Shown piece by piece: positions 22,218 to 31,890 of a DNA stretch of 64,000 bases. The stretch spans positions 31 through 64,030 of the forward strand of contig ONQZ01000005.1 of assembly GCA_900320095.1 (NCBI GenBank), given 5' to 3'. The position numbers and the translations under genes were made by a program. The stretch comes from an uncultured Lentisphaerota bacterium. GTDB taxonomy: Bacteria > Verrucomicrobiota > Lentisphaeria > Victivallales > UBA1829. Below the pieces are notes generated by a model. It worked only from the letters and a program-made list of their open reading frames with translations, searched no databases and had not been told where the DNA came from. How positions within the stretch are numbered: position 1 is the first letter of the stretch; each line of letters begins with the position of its first letter.

Positions 22218-23867
22218 ATGAAGGACCGCGTCGGCAGAACCCCGTTTGATCCCCGGATGCCCCTGTCTTCATTCCGGGCATTCCTCCTGCCGATGCTGTT
22301 CCTGACCGTGTTCCTCTGCGCGTGCCTCTCCGGCGCGTCCCTGCCGCTGCCGCATCCGATCCCGCCGCCCGCCGAGGACCCCCCGCCCGCGACGAAGAAG
22401 CCCGTGCAAACCACGACTACGACGAAACCGGCGACGACGACGAAACCGGCAATGCAACCAACGACCACGACGACGCAGAAGCCTGCGGCTACGACCACGA
22501 CAACGCCAAAAACGGCTACGACCACCACGTCCGCTCCCTCGGCTCAGCCTCCTGTTCAGACGACGACCACGTCTTCCTCATCCTCGCCGATCCGCGTGAA
22601 TTCGCAGCCGCTGCGCGACATCTCCGGCAACGTCGTCGCGATGAACGGGAATTACGGCGGCGGGACCGTCCTGCTCCCCGCCTCCTACACGGCGAAGCCG
22701 AACGAGTTCCGGGGTGTCTGGGTCGCGACCGCGTTCAACCTGGATTTCGCGAAGCATGCCACCACGGCGGAATTCCAGAAGTCCTTCCGTTCGCTTGTCG
22801 CCAGGCTCGCCGACATGGGGTTCAACACCATCATGTTCCAGGTGCGCCCGAGCTGCGACGCCATCTACAAATCCTCGATCAATCCGTGGTCGCGCTGGCT
22901 GACCGGGGAGGAGGGCAAGGCGCTCGACGGCGGGTTCGATCCGCTGGAGTTCATGATCGCTGAAGCGCACCGGCGCGGCCTGAAGCTATACGCGTGGATG
23001 AACCCGTACCGGGTCGGACAGGTCAATACATCCGCGGCTTCCACGTACCTCAGGACGCTTTCGTCCGGCAGTTTCGCGCGGCAGAATCCCGGGCTCGTGG
23101 TGCGCTGGGACAACAAGAAGACGAACATCTCGTTTTTCTTCCTGGACCCCGGCCGCACCGAGGTCGTGGCGCATATCGTCAACAGCGTCCGCGAGGTGCT
23201 GGAACGCTACAGGCCGGACGGGATCGTGTTCGACGACTATTTCTACCCGATCGGCGTGGACGAAACCTGCGACGCCGCCACGTTCCGCAAATACGGCAAG
23301 AAAGGCCAGACGCACGCCGACTGGCGGCGCGCCAACACCGAACTCCTGGTCCGGAGCGTGTCCGGCACCGTCCGCGCGTTCAATAAGCTGAACGGAACCT
23401 CCATCCCGTTCGGCATCAGTCCGGTCGGGATCTGGGCGAACCGTTCGGCGGCATTCCCCGAAGGTTCCCCGTCCAAGGGCGTCGAGGCCTACTCGCAGTC
23501 TTTCGCCGACGTCCGAAAATGGGTGAAAAACTCCTGGATCGACTTCGTGATCCCGCAGATTAACTGGGGATTCGCGAACAAGATCGCGCCGTTCGCCGGG
23601 ATCGTAAACTGGTGGGCCGACCTCGTGCGCGGCACAAACGTGAAGCTGTACGCCGGGATCGGCGTGTACAACGCGGGTGTGACCGCGGGCATGGAGTCGC
23701 CGTCCGAGATATCCAACCAGGTCCTCTACCTCATTCTGAGGCGGGAAGTCTCCGGCACGGTTCTCTTCGCCGCGCGGCACTGCCTCAACCCGGAAAACAA
23801 CGCCCAGCGGACGTCCCTGCGCACGATTTTCAACAGCTACTGGCGCACCGCGTCGCCGTCGAAGTGA
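22218..23867 (+). CDS. GH10-like (GHL10/DUF187) glycosyl hydrolase lipoprotein with Thr/Pro-rich linker
   Basis: Signal/lipobox LFLTVFLCAC, then ~75 aa of T/P/S-rich linker. The catalytic domain follows: FRGVWVATAFNLDF...GFNTIMFQVRP...GLKLYAWMNPYRV. Confidence 0.75.
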   Translation: MKDRVGRTPFDPRMPLSSFRAFLLPMLFLTVFLCACLSGASLPLPHPIPPPAEDPPPATKKPVQTTTTTKPATTTKPAMQPTTTTTQKPAATTTTTPKTATTTTSAPSAQPPVQTTTTSSSSSPIRVNSQPLRDISGNVVAMNGNYGGGTVLLPASYTAKPNEFRGVWVATAFNLDFAKHATTAEFQKSFRSLVARLADMGFNTIMFQVRPSCDAIYKSSINPWSRWLTGEEGKALDGGFDPLEFMIAEAHRRGLKLYAWMNPYRVGQVNTSAASTYLRTLSSGSFARQNPGLVVRWDNKKTNISFFFLDPGRTEVVAHIVNSVREVLERYRPDGIVFDDYFYPIGVDETCDAATFRKYGKKGQTHADWRRANTELLVRSVSGTVRAFNKLNGTSIPFGISPVGIWANRSAAFPEGSPSKGVEAYSQSFADVRKWVKNSWIDFVIPQINWGFANKIAPFAGIVNWWADLVRGTNVKLYAGIGVYNAGVTAGMESPSEISNQVLYLILRREVSGTVLFAARHCLNPENNAQRTSLRTIFNSYWRTASPSK

Positions 23868-23979
23868 CTGCCCGGCGCATTCTTTTTCCCGCGCCGCCCC
23901 TTTTCCGCTTGAAAAATCCGTCTTTTGTGGTACATTAATCCAATAAGAAAAACATCCCGAATCCCGGAGTCCACAAACC

Positions 23980-24642
23980 ATGTTCCAGCGTTTTTTCCTG
24001 ACCGCCCTGATGATCGTATCCGCCGTGCTCGTTTCGGCGTGTTCCTCCGTGACGCCCGCCCGGTTCCAGCGCGGATTCACCGTGGGCGGCGTGATCCATG
24101 AGACCGTTGTGGACGCGGACGGCGAAACCTCGCATTTCATGGTGACCGGAACGCCGATGGAACGCCTCTTCTCGAAATACCGGCTCGAAAACCCGTCCTC
24201 CGTGCTCTTCGTCGGCTTCTTCTTCCATCAGGACAAAAGGAGCTCCGGCAGCGGCACCGGCACCGCCGACGTCGTGAACCGCACGGCGTTTCTGGCGCTG
24301 GATCTGCCGCCCGGGCAGGGCGCCTCGGTCGCGGCGGAACTCCAGACCTGTCTGCTGAAAAACGATTATGACCGCGCCACGGAGATCTACGAAAAGCTCG
24401 CGAAGGACGCGGACGTCACGTCGGAGATGGAGCGTTTCCCCGAAAGCGGCTATCCGAAGGCCATCCACGAGTTCAAATACAGCGCCACGGGAGAAAAGGT
24501 CCTGCACGGCCTGACGCGCAACTTCCACGAAAACGGCATGATCGCGAGCGACTGTTTCTTCCGCGACGGCAAGCCCGAAGGCGAGGCGCGCGAATACAGC
24601 GACCTCGGCGTGCCGCTGAACGCGCCCGCGCGGGAACCGTGA
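23980..24642 (+). CDS. putative lipoprotein with MORN/YwqK-like repeat at C-terminus
   Basis: MFQRFFLTALMIVSAVLVSAC contains a lipobox. The C-terminal HGLTRNFHENGMIASDCFFRDGKPEGEAREY resembles MORN-variant repeats. Confidence 0.55.
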   Translation: MFQRFFLTALMIVSAVLVSACSSVTPARFQRGFTVGGVIHETVVDADGETSHFMVTGTPMERLFSKYRLENPSSVLFVGFFFHQDKRSSGSGTGTADVVNRTAFLALDLPPGQGASVAAELQTCLLKNDYDRATEIYEKLAKDADVTSEMERFPESGYPKAIHEFKYSATGEKVLHGLTRNFHENGMIASDCFFRDGKPEGEAREYSDLGVPLNAPAREP

Positions 24643-24696
24643 CCCGCCGCACCTGAAAACCGACACATCAACCCCCTCAATTCTGGAGATACCACC

Positions 24697-25770
24697 ATGA
24701 TCGACGCAAAAGCGAAAAAGTTTCTCGAAGAACTCCTGATGACCTGCGGACCCTCCGGGTTCGAATTCGAACAGGCGAAGGTCTACCGCGACTACCTCAG
24801 GCCGTTCGCGGACGACATCCGCACGGACGTGCTCGGCAACACCATCGCGCGCCTCAATCCCGACGCGAAGTTCCAGTTCATGCTGTCCGGCCACTACGAC
24901 GAGATCGGTTTCCAGGTCGTCAGCATCATGCCGCAGGGCCTGGTCTCGTTCCGGCCCGTCGGCGGCATCGATCCGCTCACGCTCCCCGGCACCGGCGTCG
25001 AGATCCTCACCGAAAAAGGCCACATCCCCGGCGTGATCGGACGCAAGCCGATCCACCTGCAGACACCGGACGAACGCAAGGCCGTTCCGAAGATCGAAGA
25101 CCTGTGGATCGACATCGGCGCGGCGGACCAGAAGGCCGCGGCGAAACTCGTCCAGGTCGGCGATCCCGTTGCTTTCTCCCGTAATTTCGAGATGCTCAGC
25201 AAGACCTGCGTCCACTCGAAGAGCCTCGACGACAAGATCGGCGCGTTCGTCATCGCCGAAGCCTTCCGCCAGCTCGCCAAACGCAAGATCAAGGTCGGCG
25301 TCGCCTGCGTCGGCACCGTGCAGGAGGAACTCGGCCTCCGCGGCGCGATCACCGGCGCGTTCGGCGTGAACCCGGACGCCGCCATCGCGGTCGACGTCGG
25401 ATTCGCCACGGACGTCCCCGGCATCAAGCCCGAACTCCTCGGCGACATCAAGCTCGGCGCGGGCGCGGAACTCCAGCGCAACGCCGACAACAATCCGCCG
25501 CTCCTGAACCGCATTCTGAAGGCCGCCGCGAAGCATAAGATCCCGTACCAGATGACCACCGGCCACCGCGCCACCGGCGGCACCGACACCGCCGCCATCC
25601 AGATGACGCGCGGCGGCGTGGCAACGGCGCTCATCAGCATCCCGAACCGCTACATGCACACGCCCGCCGAGATCTGCGACCTGCGCGACGTGGAGTCCGC
25701 GATTGATCTGATCGTGGAGACCATCGCCTCCCTCACCGGCAAAGAGACCTTCATCCCTGGCATCGACTGA
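24697..25770 (+). CDS. M42 family metallopeptidase (glutamyl aminopeptidase/FrvX-like)
   Basis: LSGHYDEIGF, SKSLDDKIG and VQEELGLRGA metal-ligand blocks of M42. Confidence 0.85.
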   Translation: MIDAKAKKFLEELLMTCGPSGFEFEQAKVYRDYLRPFADDIRTDVLGNTIARLNPDAKFQFMLSGHYDEIGFQVVSIMPQGLVSFRPVGGIDPLTLPGTGVEILTEKGHIPGVIGRKPIHLQTPDERKAVPKIEDLWIDIGAADQKAAAKLVQVGDPVAFSRNFEMLSKTCVHSKSLDDKIGAFVIAEAFRQLAKRKIKVGVACVGTVQEELGLRGAITGAFGVNPDAAIAVDVGFATDVPGIKPELLGDIKLGAGAELQRNADNNPPLLNRILKAAAKHKIPYQMTTGHRATGGTDTAAIQMTRGGVATALISIPNRYMHTPAEICDLRDVESAIDLIVETIASLTGKETFIPGID

Positions 25771-25775
25771 CTCCC

Positions 25776-26906
25776 ATGGGCGCTTTCTACCTGATTTCCG
25801 GCAACGAGGACTACGCGGTCAAGGAGCGCGCCAACGAGATGATGCGCGCGCTCTGCGGCGACCCGCCGGACGACAATCCGTCGCTGGAGATCATCCGGGG
25901 CGACTCGGACAACGAGAAAGCGCCCCAGGTCCTGGACAAACTCCTGCTGTCGCTGGATTCCCCGGCGTTCTTCTCCAGCGAGAAGATTGTCTGGCTGAAG
26001 CATTTCCTGAAGTTCGACGAGGCGTTCTCCGAGCCCTCGACCAAGAAAAAGCCGTCGCGGCTCGACCGTCTGGCGGCGTTCCTCCAGGACGGCATTCCCG
26101 CCGACATCACGCTCGTGATCGACGGCCCCGGACTCGACCGCCGCAAGGCGTTCTACAAGGTCGCCTCCGCCGCCTGCGAAGCCTCCGGCGGCAAGCTCGA
26201 ATGGTTCGAGAAGGCCGACCCGAAGACCAAGGGCTTCGCGAAGATGCTCATCCGCCGGATCCAGTCCATCGTGATGGACCGCGGGAAACGCATTGAGGAC
26301 GCCGCCGCGTCGTTCCTCGCCGAGACCATCGGCGCCGACGAGGCGCGTCTGGGCACCGAGATCGAAAAACTCCTGACCTACGCCGGAGACAAGCCGGTCG
26401 TGACGTTCGCCGACTGCCGCGAGGTGTGCAGCCGCGCCACCGAAACGCTCGCCTGGGCGTTCTCGTCCGCGCTCGTGGAACGCAACTCGCGCAAGGCGCT
26501 GGAGCTGATCCCGAGCATCATGGAACATCTGGAACAGGACAAGGGCGCGTCCAAGCCGGAGATCATGCTGATCTACTCCGTCATGGGCGAATTCCGCAAC
26601 CTCGCCTCGGTCAAATGCGAGGGCGTCAAGCTCGGCATCCCCGAGGACGCCTCCTCCGATTATTTCTACCGCATGAACGAGCGCTACAAGCAGTCGCCGC
26701 CGCCCGTCAAGTCCCCGCTTTTCTCCATGCACCCGTTCCGGGCGTACAAGGCGTGGGAGAACGCCCGGCGTTTCACCGACCGCGAACTCGTTCTGGCGTT
26801 CCGCGCGCTGGTCGACGCCAACCGCGCCATCGTGTCCTCCGCCGGAAACGCCCGTATCGCGCTGGAACTCCTGACCATCCGGATCGCGGAAGGGACTCTC
26901 GCATGA
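25776..26906 (+). CDS. holA: DNA polymerase III delta subunit
   Basis: FYLISGNEDY N-terminus, length, and an all-helical C-terminal domain pattern typical of HolA. Similarity was judged by eye only. Confidence 0.6.
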   Translation: MGAFYLISGNEDYAVKERANEMMRALCGDPPDDNPSLEIIRGDSDNEKAPQVLDKLLLSLDSPAFFSSEKIVWLKHFLKFDEAFSEPSTKKKPSRLDRLAAFLQDGIPADITLVIDGPGLDRRKAFYKVASAACEASGGKLEWFEKADPKTKGFAKMLIRRIQSIVMDRGKRIEDAAASFLAETIGADEARLGTEIEKLLTYAGDKPVVTFADCREVCSRATETLAWAFSSALVERNSRKALELIPSIMEHLEQDKGASKPEIMLIYSVMGEFRNLASVKCEGVKLGIPEDASSDYFYRMNERYKQSPPPVKSPLFSMHPFRAYKAWENARRFTDRELVLAFRALVDANRAIVSSAGNARIALELLTIRIAEGTLA

Positions 26907-27520
26907 GCACGGAGACGGCAAAAAGCATTTCCGCGCCCGTCATCGCGCTCGACATCGGAAACGTCAGCATGAAGCTGAATTTCGACGAGATGTACCGCCG
27001 GTTCGACATCGATCCGACCGACAGCGAGAGCATCGGGCGGCTGTGGGAACACGGCGCGGCGCTGGAGACCGGACGCATCACGGTCCCGGAGTTTCTGGAC
27101 CGGCTTGAGGCGTTCACCGGACACCGACGCACGCGGGAGTATCTGCTCGACGCCTGGCGGTGCGGCGTTCAGGACCCGATGCCCGGCATGCTGGAAACCG
27201 TCCGCGCGCTTGCCGCAAAAGGGGCGCGGTTCTCGTACATGTCCGACATCTCCCCGATCCACCTGGACCAGGTCTTCAAATACTGCGAGTTCGTGCACCT
27301 GGTCACGGGCGGCATCTACAGTTTCGAGGCGGGCGCGTTCAAACTTCAGGGTCGCGTCATGTTCGACGCCTTCGAACGCCGCTACGGACGTCCGCTCGTG
27401 TTCTTCGACGACCGCGTCGAGATCATCGAACACGCCCGCGGACTCGGCTGGAACGCCGTCCGCTTCGAGTCGCCGGAACAGGTCCTGCGCGATGCCTCGG
27501 CGCTGCTTGCTGCTCTCTGA
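26903..27520 (+). CDS. HAD-superfamily hydrolase-like protein (degenerate motif I)
   Basis: The start ATG overlaps the holA stop (ATGA). VIALDIGNV sits at the motif-I position and FFDDRVEIIEHARGLGW is a motif-IV-like block. The upstream part of track ORF 26426 was discarded. Confidence 0.55.
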   Translation: MSTETAKSISAPVIALDIGNVSMKLNFDEMYRRFDIDPTDSESIGRLWEHGAALETGRITVPEFLDRLEAFTGHRRTREYLLDAWRCGVQDPMPGMLETVRALAAKGARFSYMSDISPIHLDQVFKYCEFVHLVTGGIYSFEAGAFKLQGRVMFDAFERRYGRPLVFFDDRVEIIEHARGLGWNAVRFESPEQVLRDASALLAAL

Positions 27521-28192
27521 TTATCCGTAGGGAAATCCCCGCGTAAAACGGCGCACGTTCAATCCTTTCGGGATCGTCAGCTGGTCCAGCGACGTCAGTT
27601 TCCCGGATTTGCCGTAAATATACATTTGGTCGGAAACATAAATCCTCGTGTTCCGGTCGTCGGCGTCTCTCAGGACGAACGGAGCGATCATGCCCCGGAT
27701 TCCGAACCGGAGCAGGATCTCGAAAATGAACCCCGAGCTTTTTTTCCCGTCATAGCTCCGGATGAGGTCATAGATGTCTTTCCTGCTCAGCTGAAACATG
27801 TAGCCGCAGTCGATGTTGTGGTATACTTCATTGGAGGAGACGTTCAGCCTGATATTTTCTTTGACCTGGATATGTTTTTTGTAACAGATCGCGATACGCT
27901 CCATTTCGAAGACTTTTATGAGGTTCTTGACGGCGGCGACGTATTTGTTTTCCCAGGTCATGTACGTACGGAAGGATTTGATGCCTTTGTAGTTTTTGAT
28001 CTTATGATCTCCCGGGACGTCGATCCAGTCTCCTCCGTCCCAGACGACATTGAACGGCTTGTGCCCGTCCCAGCCGATCTCCTCGATTCCCGTCCAGACT
28101 TCCGGGAGTTTGGACCGGTTTTTCCGAAACCATTCCTGGGAATGCAAATCGCCCCAGTAACTGAATGAATGCTTTGAGATTTTGACCTGCAA
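27521..28192 (-). CDS. hypothetical protein, AT-rich orphan (likely horizontally acquired)
   Basis: 223-aa ORF, Trp/Lys/Tyr-rich, markedly lower GC than its neighbours. Its stop abuts the stop of the convergent HAD gene with zero spacer. No family was recognised. Confidence 0.6.
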   Translation of the reverse strand: MQVKISKHSFSYWGDLHSQEWFRKNRSKLPEVWTGIEEIGWDGHKPFNVVWDGGDWIDVPGDHKIKNYKGIKSFRTYMTWENKYVAAVKNLIKVFEMERIAICYKKHIQVKENIRLNVSSNEVYHNIDCGYMFQLSRKDIYDLIRSYDGKKSSGFIFEILLRFGIRGMIAPFVLRDADDRNTRIYVSDQMYIYGKSGKLTSLDQLTIPKGLNVRRFTRGFPYG

Positions 28193-28214
28193 GATGTCAG
28201 TCTCCTGTTGGTTT

Positions 28215-30083
28215 TTACGCCTCGGGCCTGTCCGCGTTCTTGCGGAAGAGCCAGTTGTTCCGCAGGACCATCGCCATGCCGCCCGCGAAGATCACCCACA
28301 GCACCAGCACGAACACGTTTCCGAAGCGCACGTAGAAGGTCGGCGTGTAATGTTTCGGCACCCTCACCGTCATGACCGCCGAAGCCGCCTTCTGCTCCCA
28401 CGGCGTCAGCTCGGTGTCGCCCGTCGCCGGGTCGATCCGCTTCGTCACGCTGTCCACGGTGCGCCCGAACTGGTCAATCAGCACACTGTAGTTGGAGTTG
28501 CCGCAGCGGAGCATGGGCAGGCGCGTCTCGACCGTGCGCAGGACGGAGTTCGCGTAGTGCTGTTCCGGCTCCGTGCTGGTCGGGTACCACGCGTCGTTCG
28601 TGATGACGAGCAGGAAGTTCGCGCCGTTGCGAACCAGTTCGCGCGAGGCGTAGGCGAACACGTCCTCGTAGCAGATCATGATCCCGGCGCGCACGTCCTT
28701 CGTGAGGTCGACCGGACGGAACGCCCTGCCGGGCGTGAGGTTGCGCCCCATGCCGACCAGCCTGCCGATGGCGGGGAACTTGTCGTTCAGCGGGATGAAC
28801 TCGCCGAACGGCACGATGTGGACCTTGTCGTAACGCCCCGCGGTGTCCGCGTCGTACTTGATGTTGCCGCCGGTCAGGGGGAATTCCTTCAGCAGGAGCG
28901 CCGAGTTGAACATGTCGAACTCGGTGTTGCTGCGGATGTTGTCGTAGGAGAGCGTGCCGACCAGGAACGGCGTGCCGCCTTCGCGGATCATGCGGCGTAC
29001 GCGGGAACGGTACTCCGAGGCGACGGGTCCGCCGCCGTAGTAGGCGGTGGGGACGGCGGTCTCCGGCCAGACGATGAGCTGGAGCGTGGACGGGGCGGGC
29101 TGGCCGACGGGGATGGAATCGAATTCGGCGGAAACGGCCTCCGCGGCCTTTTTGTCGGCGATCAGGGCTTCGGACAGACGCGAACACACGTCAAGCGCTT
29201 CCCGCGTGCTTTCGTCGCCGCCGGCGCGCCGCTGCGACAGGTCCGGTTGCACTACGCCCACCTTGTATTCCGTCACGTTCTCCGGCGCGTAGATTCGGTT
29301 GTATTTCTTCCAGACGCCCATGCCGGAGACCGCGGCCGCCGCGACGATGGCGAGCGCCGCGTAGAGCGTGAAGGGACGGCGGTATTTCGCGCCGCGCGAG
29401 ACCGCCAGCAGGTCCTTCGCTGTGAAGAAGAGCGCGGTGTTGACGAGGATGACGAGGAAGCTCAGGCCGTAGATGCCCGTGTATTCGCAGATCTGGATCA
29501 GGTTCAGGTTCTTCCACTGCGTCGCCGCCAGCAGGTTCCACGGGAATCCCGTGAAGATCCACGACCGGATCCACTCCAGGATCACCCACCACGCCGCCAG
29601 CGTGAACATCGCCAGGATCTCGTCGCGCACCTGGGAGCGTGGATAGGACGCGACCGCCGCCGAGCCGCGCACGCGCACCTCCGGCGGGATCAGCAGGCTC
29701 CGGCACACGACCGGGATCAGCATCGCCCAGAACGCGATGAAGACGCCCAGTACCGCGCCGAAGACGAACGGGATCGCGATGTTGATCTCACGCAGGAAAA
29801 ATGTGCTCGTGAGGCTCCAGAAATATCCCCACGTCATGCCGTAGGCGAACGCGCGGCGTTTCGACACGTCCGCGCAGAGCCACAGCAGCGGCGCGATGCA
29901 CACCCATGCCGCCGGCTGGAAGTTCACGCCGGGGAACGCCGTGGTCAGCGCCATGCCGGTCAGCGCCAGCACCAGCAGATCACGCACGGTGCGCTTCCAC
30001 GAGACGCGGAACGCCAGTTCCTCCGGCGTCGCCCTGTCGGCGCGGAAAGGGCGGAAAAATATCGAAAAACGGCTTTCTTTCAT
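28215..30083 (-). CDS. lnt: apolipoprotein N-acyltransferase
   Basis: Multi-TM N-terminal half plus a CN-hydrolase domain (QPDLSQ..., ICYEDVF, VITNDAWY). Confidence 0.9.
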   Translation of the reverse strand: MKESRFSIFFRPFRADRATPEELAFRVSWKRTVRDLLVLALTGMALTTAFPGVNFQPAAWVCIAPLLWLCADVSKRRAFAYGMTWGYFWSLTSTFFLREINIAIPFVFGAVLGVFIAFWAMLIPVVCRSLLIPPEVRVRGSAAVASYPRSQVRDEILAMFTLAAWWVILEWIRSWIFTGFPWNLLAATQWKNLNLIQICEYTGIYGLSFLVILVNTALFFTAKDLLAVSRGAKYRRPFTLYAALAIVAAAAVSGMGVWKKYNRIYAPENVTEYKVGVVQPDLSQRRAGGDESTREALDVCSRLSEALIADKKAAEAVSAEFDSIPVGQPAPSTLQLIVWPETAVPTAYYGGGPVASEYRSRVRRMIREGGTPFLVGTLSYDNIRSNTEFDMFNSALLLKEFPLTGGNIKYDADTAGRYDKVHIVPFGEFIPLNDKFPAIGRLVGMGRNLTPGRAFRPVDLTKDVRAGIMICYEDVFAYASRELVRNGANFLLVITNDAWYPTSTEPEQHYANSVLRTVETRLPMLRCGNSNYSVLIDQFGRTVDSVTKRIDPATGDTELTPWEQKAASAVMTVRVPKHYTPTFYVRFGNVFVLVLWVIFAGGMAMVLRNNWLFRKNADRPEA

Positions 30084-30204
30084 GAAAAATCGCCTTTTGT
30101 TTAAAGTTCGCGGGAAAAAAACTGGAAAAAAACAGGTTTACAATGTAATTTATATCATGTTTGTTGAAATTAAAAATCGCTTTTGTGATTTTGGACGAAA
30201 AAAA

Positions 30205-31881
30205 ATGCAGACAGCCAAGGAATGTTATTTCGACCATCTGGTCATAGGCAGCGGACTGGCGGGCCTCTCCACCGCCCTCATGCTCGCGGAACATCACGCC
30301 GGATCCATCGGCATCATCACGAAAAGCTCCATCGACGACTGCAACTCGAAGATGGCGCAGGGCGGCATCGCCTGCGTGACCGACGTCGGCGACACCTTCG
30401 AGGAACACCTCGCGGACACGCTTGAAGCCGGGGCGCATCTGTGCAGCCCGCAGGCGGTCATGGACATCGTGCGGCGCGGCCCGGAGCGCATCAAGTGGCT
30501 TATCAACGACATCGGTACGCACTTCACCACGCGCGAGGAGATGGGCAAGGCCCCCGCCGAGGCGGGCCACAGCGATTTCGACCTCGGACGCGAGGGCGGC
30601 CACCACAAGCGCCGCATCCTCCACGCGGGCGACATCACCGGCGAGGAGGTCGAACGCTCCCTCATCGCCGCCTGCCGCGCCAACCCGGACATCCACGTGC
30701 TCGAATACCACGTGGCAATCGACCTCATCAGCACCTGGCACATGGGCTGGATGGGCGAAAACCGCTGCATCGGCGCGTACGCGCTGGACAGCCGCGAGAA
30801 CGCCGTCGTCGCGATCACCGCGCTCTCCACCACGCTCGCCACAGGCGGCTGCGGCAAGGTCTACCTCTACACCAGCAACCCGGACGTCGCCTGCGGCGCG
30901 GGCGTCGCCATGGGCTACCGCGCGTTCGCCAAGATCGCGAACATGGAGTTCTACCAGTTCCACCCGACCATCCTGTTCCACCCGAAAGTGAAGTCGTTCC
31001 TCATCAGCGAGGCGCTCCGCGGCGAGGGCGGCGTGCTGAAGATCTCCCGCGACGGCGGCGAGCCGGTCGAGTTCATGCAGGACTACCACCCGATGAAGAG
31101 CCTCGCGCCCCGCGACGTCGTGGCGCGCGCCATCGACAACGAGCTGAAGCGGTCCGGCCAGACCTGCGCCTGGCTCGACATGCGCTGCCACGACCGCGAC
31201 TTCCTGCAGCGCCGGTTCCCGAACATCTTCGCGAAGTGCCTGGAGGCGGACGTCGACATGTCGCGCGACCTCATCCCCGTGGTCCCGGCCGCGCATTTCA
31301 GCTGCGGCGGCGTGAAGACCGACGTGAACGGCTACACGGGCATCCCCGGCCTGTACGCGGTCGGCGAGACCGCCTGCACCGGCCTACACGGCGCGAACCG
31401 GCTTGCCAGCAACAGTCTCCTTGAGGCGCTCGTGGTCCCCGCGAACGCCGCCGAGCACATCATGGCGAACATCGACGATCTCCGCAAGGGCCTCGACAAC
31501 CACAAGGCCCCGCCGTGGTCCAGCGGCGACGCCACGAGCTCCGACGAACAGGTCGTGATCACCCACAACTGGGAGGAGATCCGCAGGTTCATGTGGGACT
31601 ACGTCGGCATCTACCGCACCAACAAGCGCCTCGAACGCGCCAAGAGCCGCATCGTGAACATCCGCCGCGAGATCGACAAGTACTACTGGGATTTCCACCT
31701 CACGAAAGACCTGATCGAACTCCGCAACCTCGCCACCGTCGCCGAGCTCATCATCGACTCCGCCATGAGCCGGAAGGAAAGCCGCGGCCTTCACTTCAAC
31801 GCCGACTATCCGGACCGCGATCCGTCGCTCGACGGCGTCGACACGATCCTCCAGAAACACTTCTCCCCGATCTCCCGGTAA
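30205..31881 (+). CDS. nadB: L-aspartate oxidase
   Basis: FAD motif DHLVIGSGLAGLS, then AQGGIA, RALRGEGG and a HGANRLASNSLLE block. Start set to ATG 30205 (MQTAKECYF). Confidence 0.93.
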   Translation: MQTAKECYFDHLVIGSGLAGLSTALMLAEHHAGSIGIITKSSIDDCNSKMAQGGIACVTDVGDTFEEHLADTLEAGAHLCSPQAVMDIVRRGPERIKWLINDIGTHFTTREEMGKAPAEAGHSDFDLGREGGHHKRRILHAGDITGEEVERSLIAACRANPDIHVLEYHVAIDLISTWHMGWMGENRCIGAYALDSRENAVVAITALSTTLATGGCGKVYLYTSNPDVACGAGVAMGYRAFAKIANMEFYQFHPTILFHPKVKSFLISEALRGEGGVLKISRDGGEPVEFMQDYHPMKSLAPRDVVARAIDNELKRSGQTCAWLDMRCHDRDFLQRRFPNIFAKCLEADVDMSRDLIPVVPAAHFSCGGVKTDVNGYTGIPGLYAVGETACTGLHGANRLASNSLLEALVVPANAAEHIMANIDDLRKGLDNHKAPPWSSGDATSSDEQVVITHNWEEIRRFMWDYVGIYRTNKRLERAKSRIVNIRREIDKYYWDFHLTKDLIELRNLATVAELIIDSAMSRKESRGLHFNADYPDRDPSLDGVDTILQKHFSPISR

Positions 31882-31890
31882 TACCCCCGT

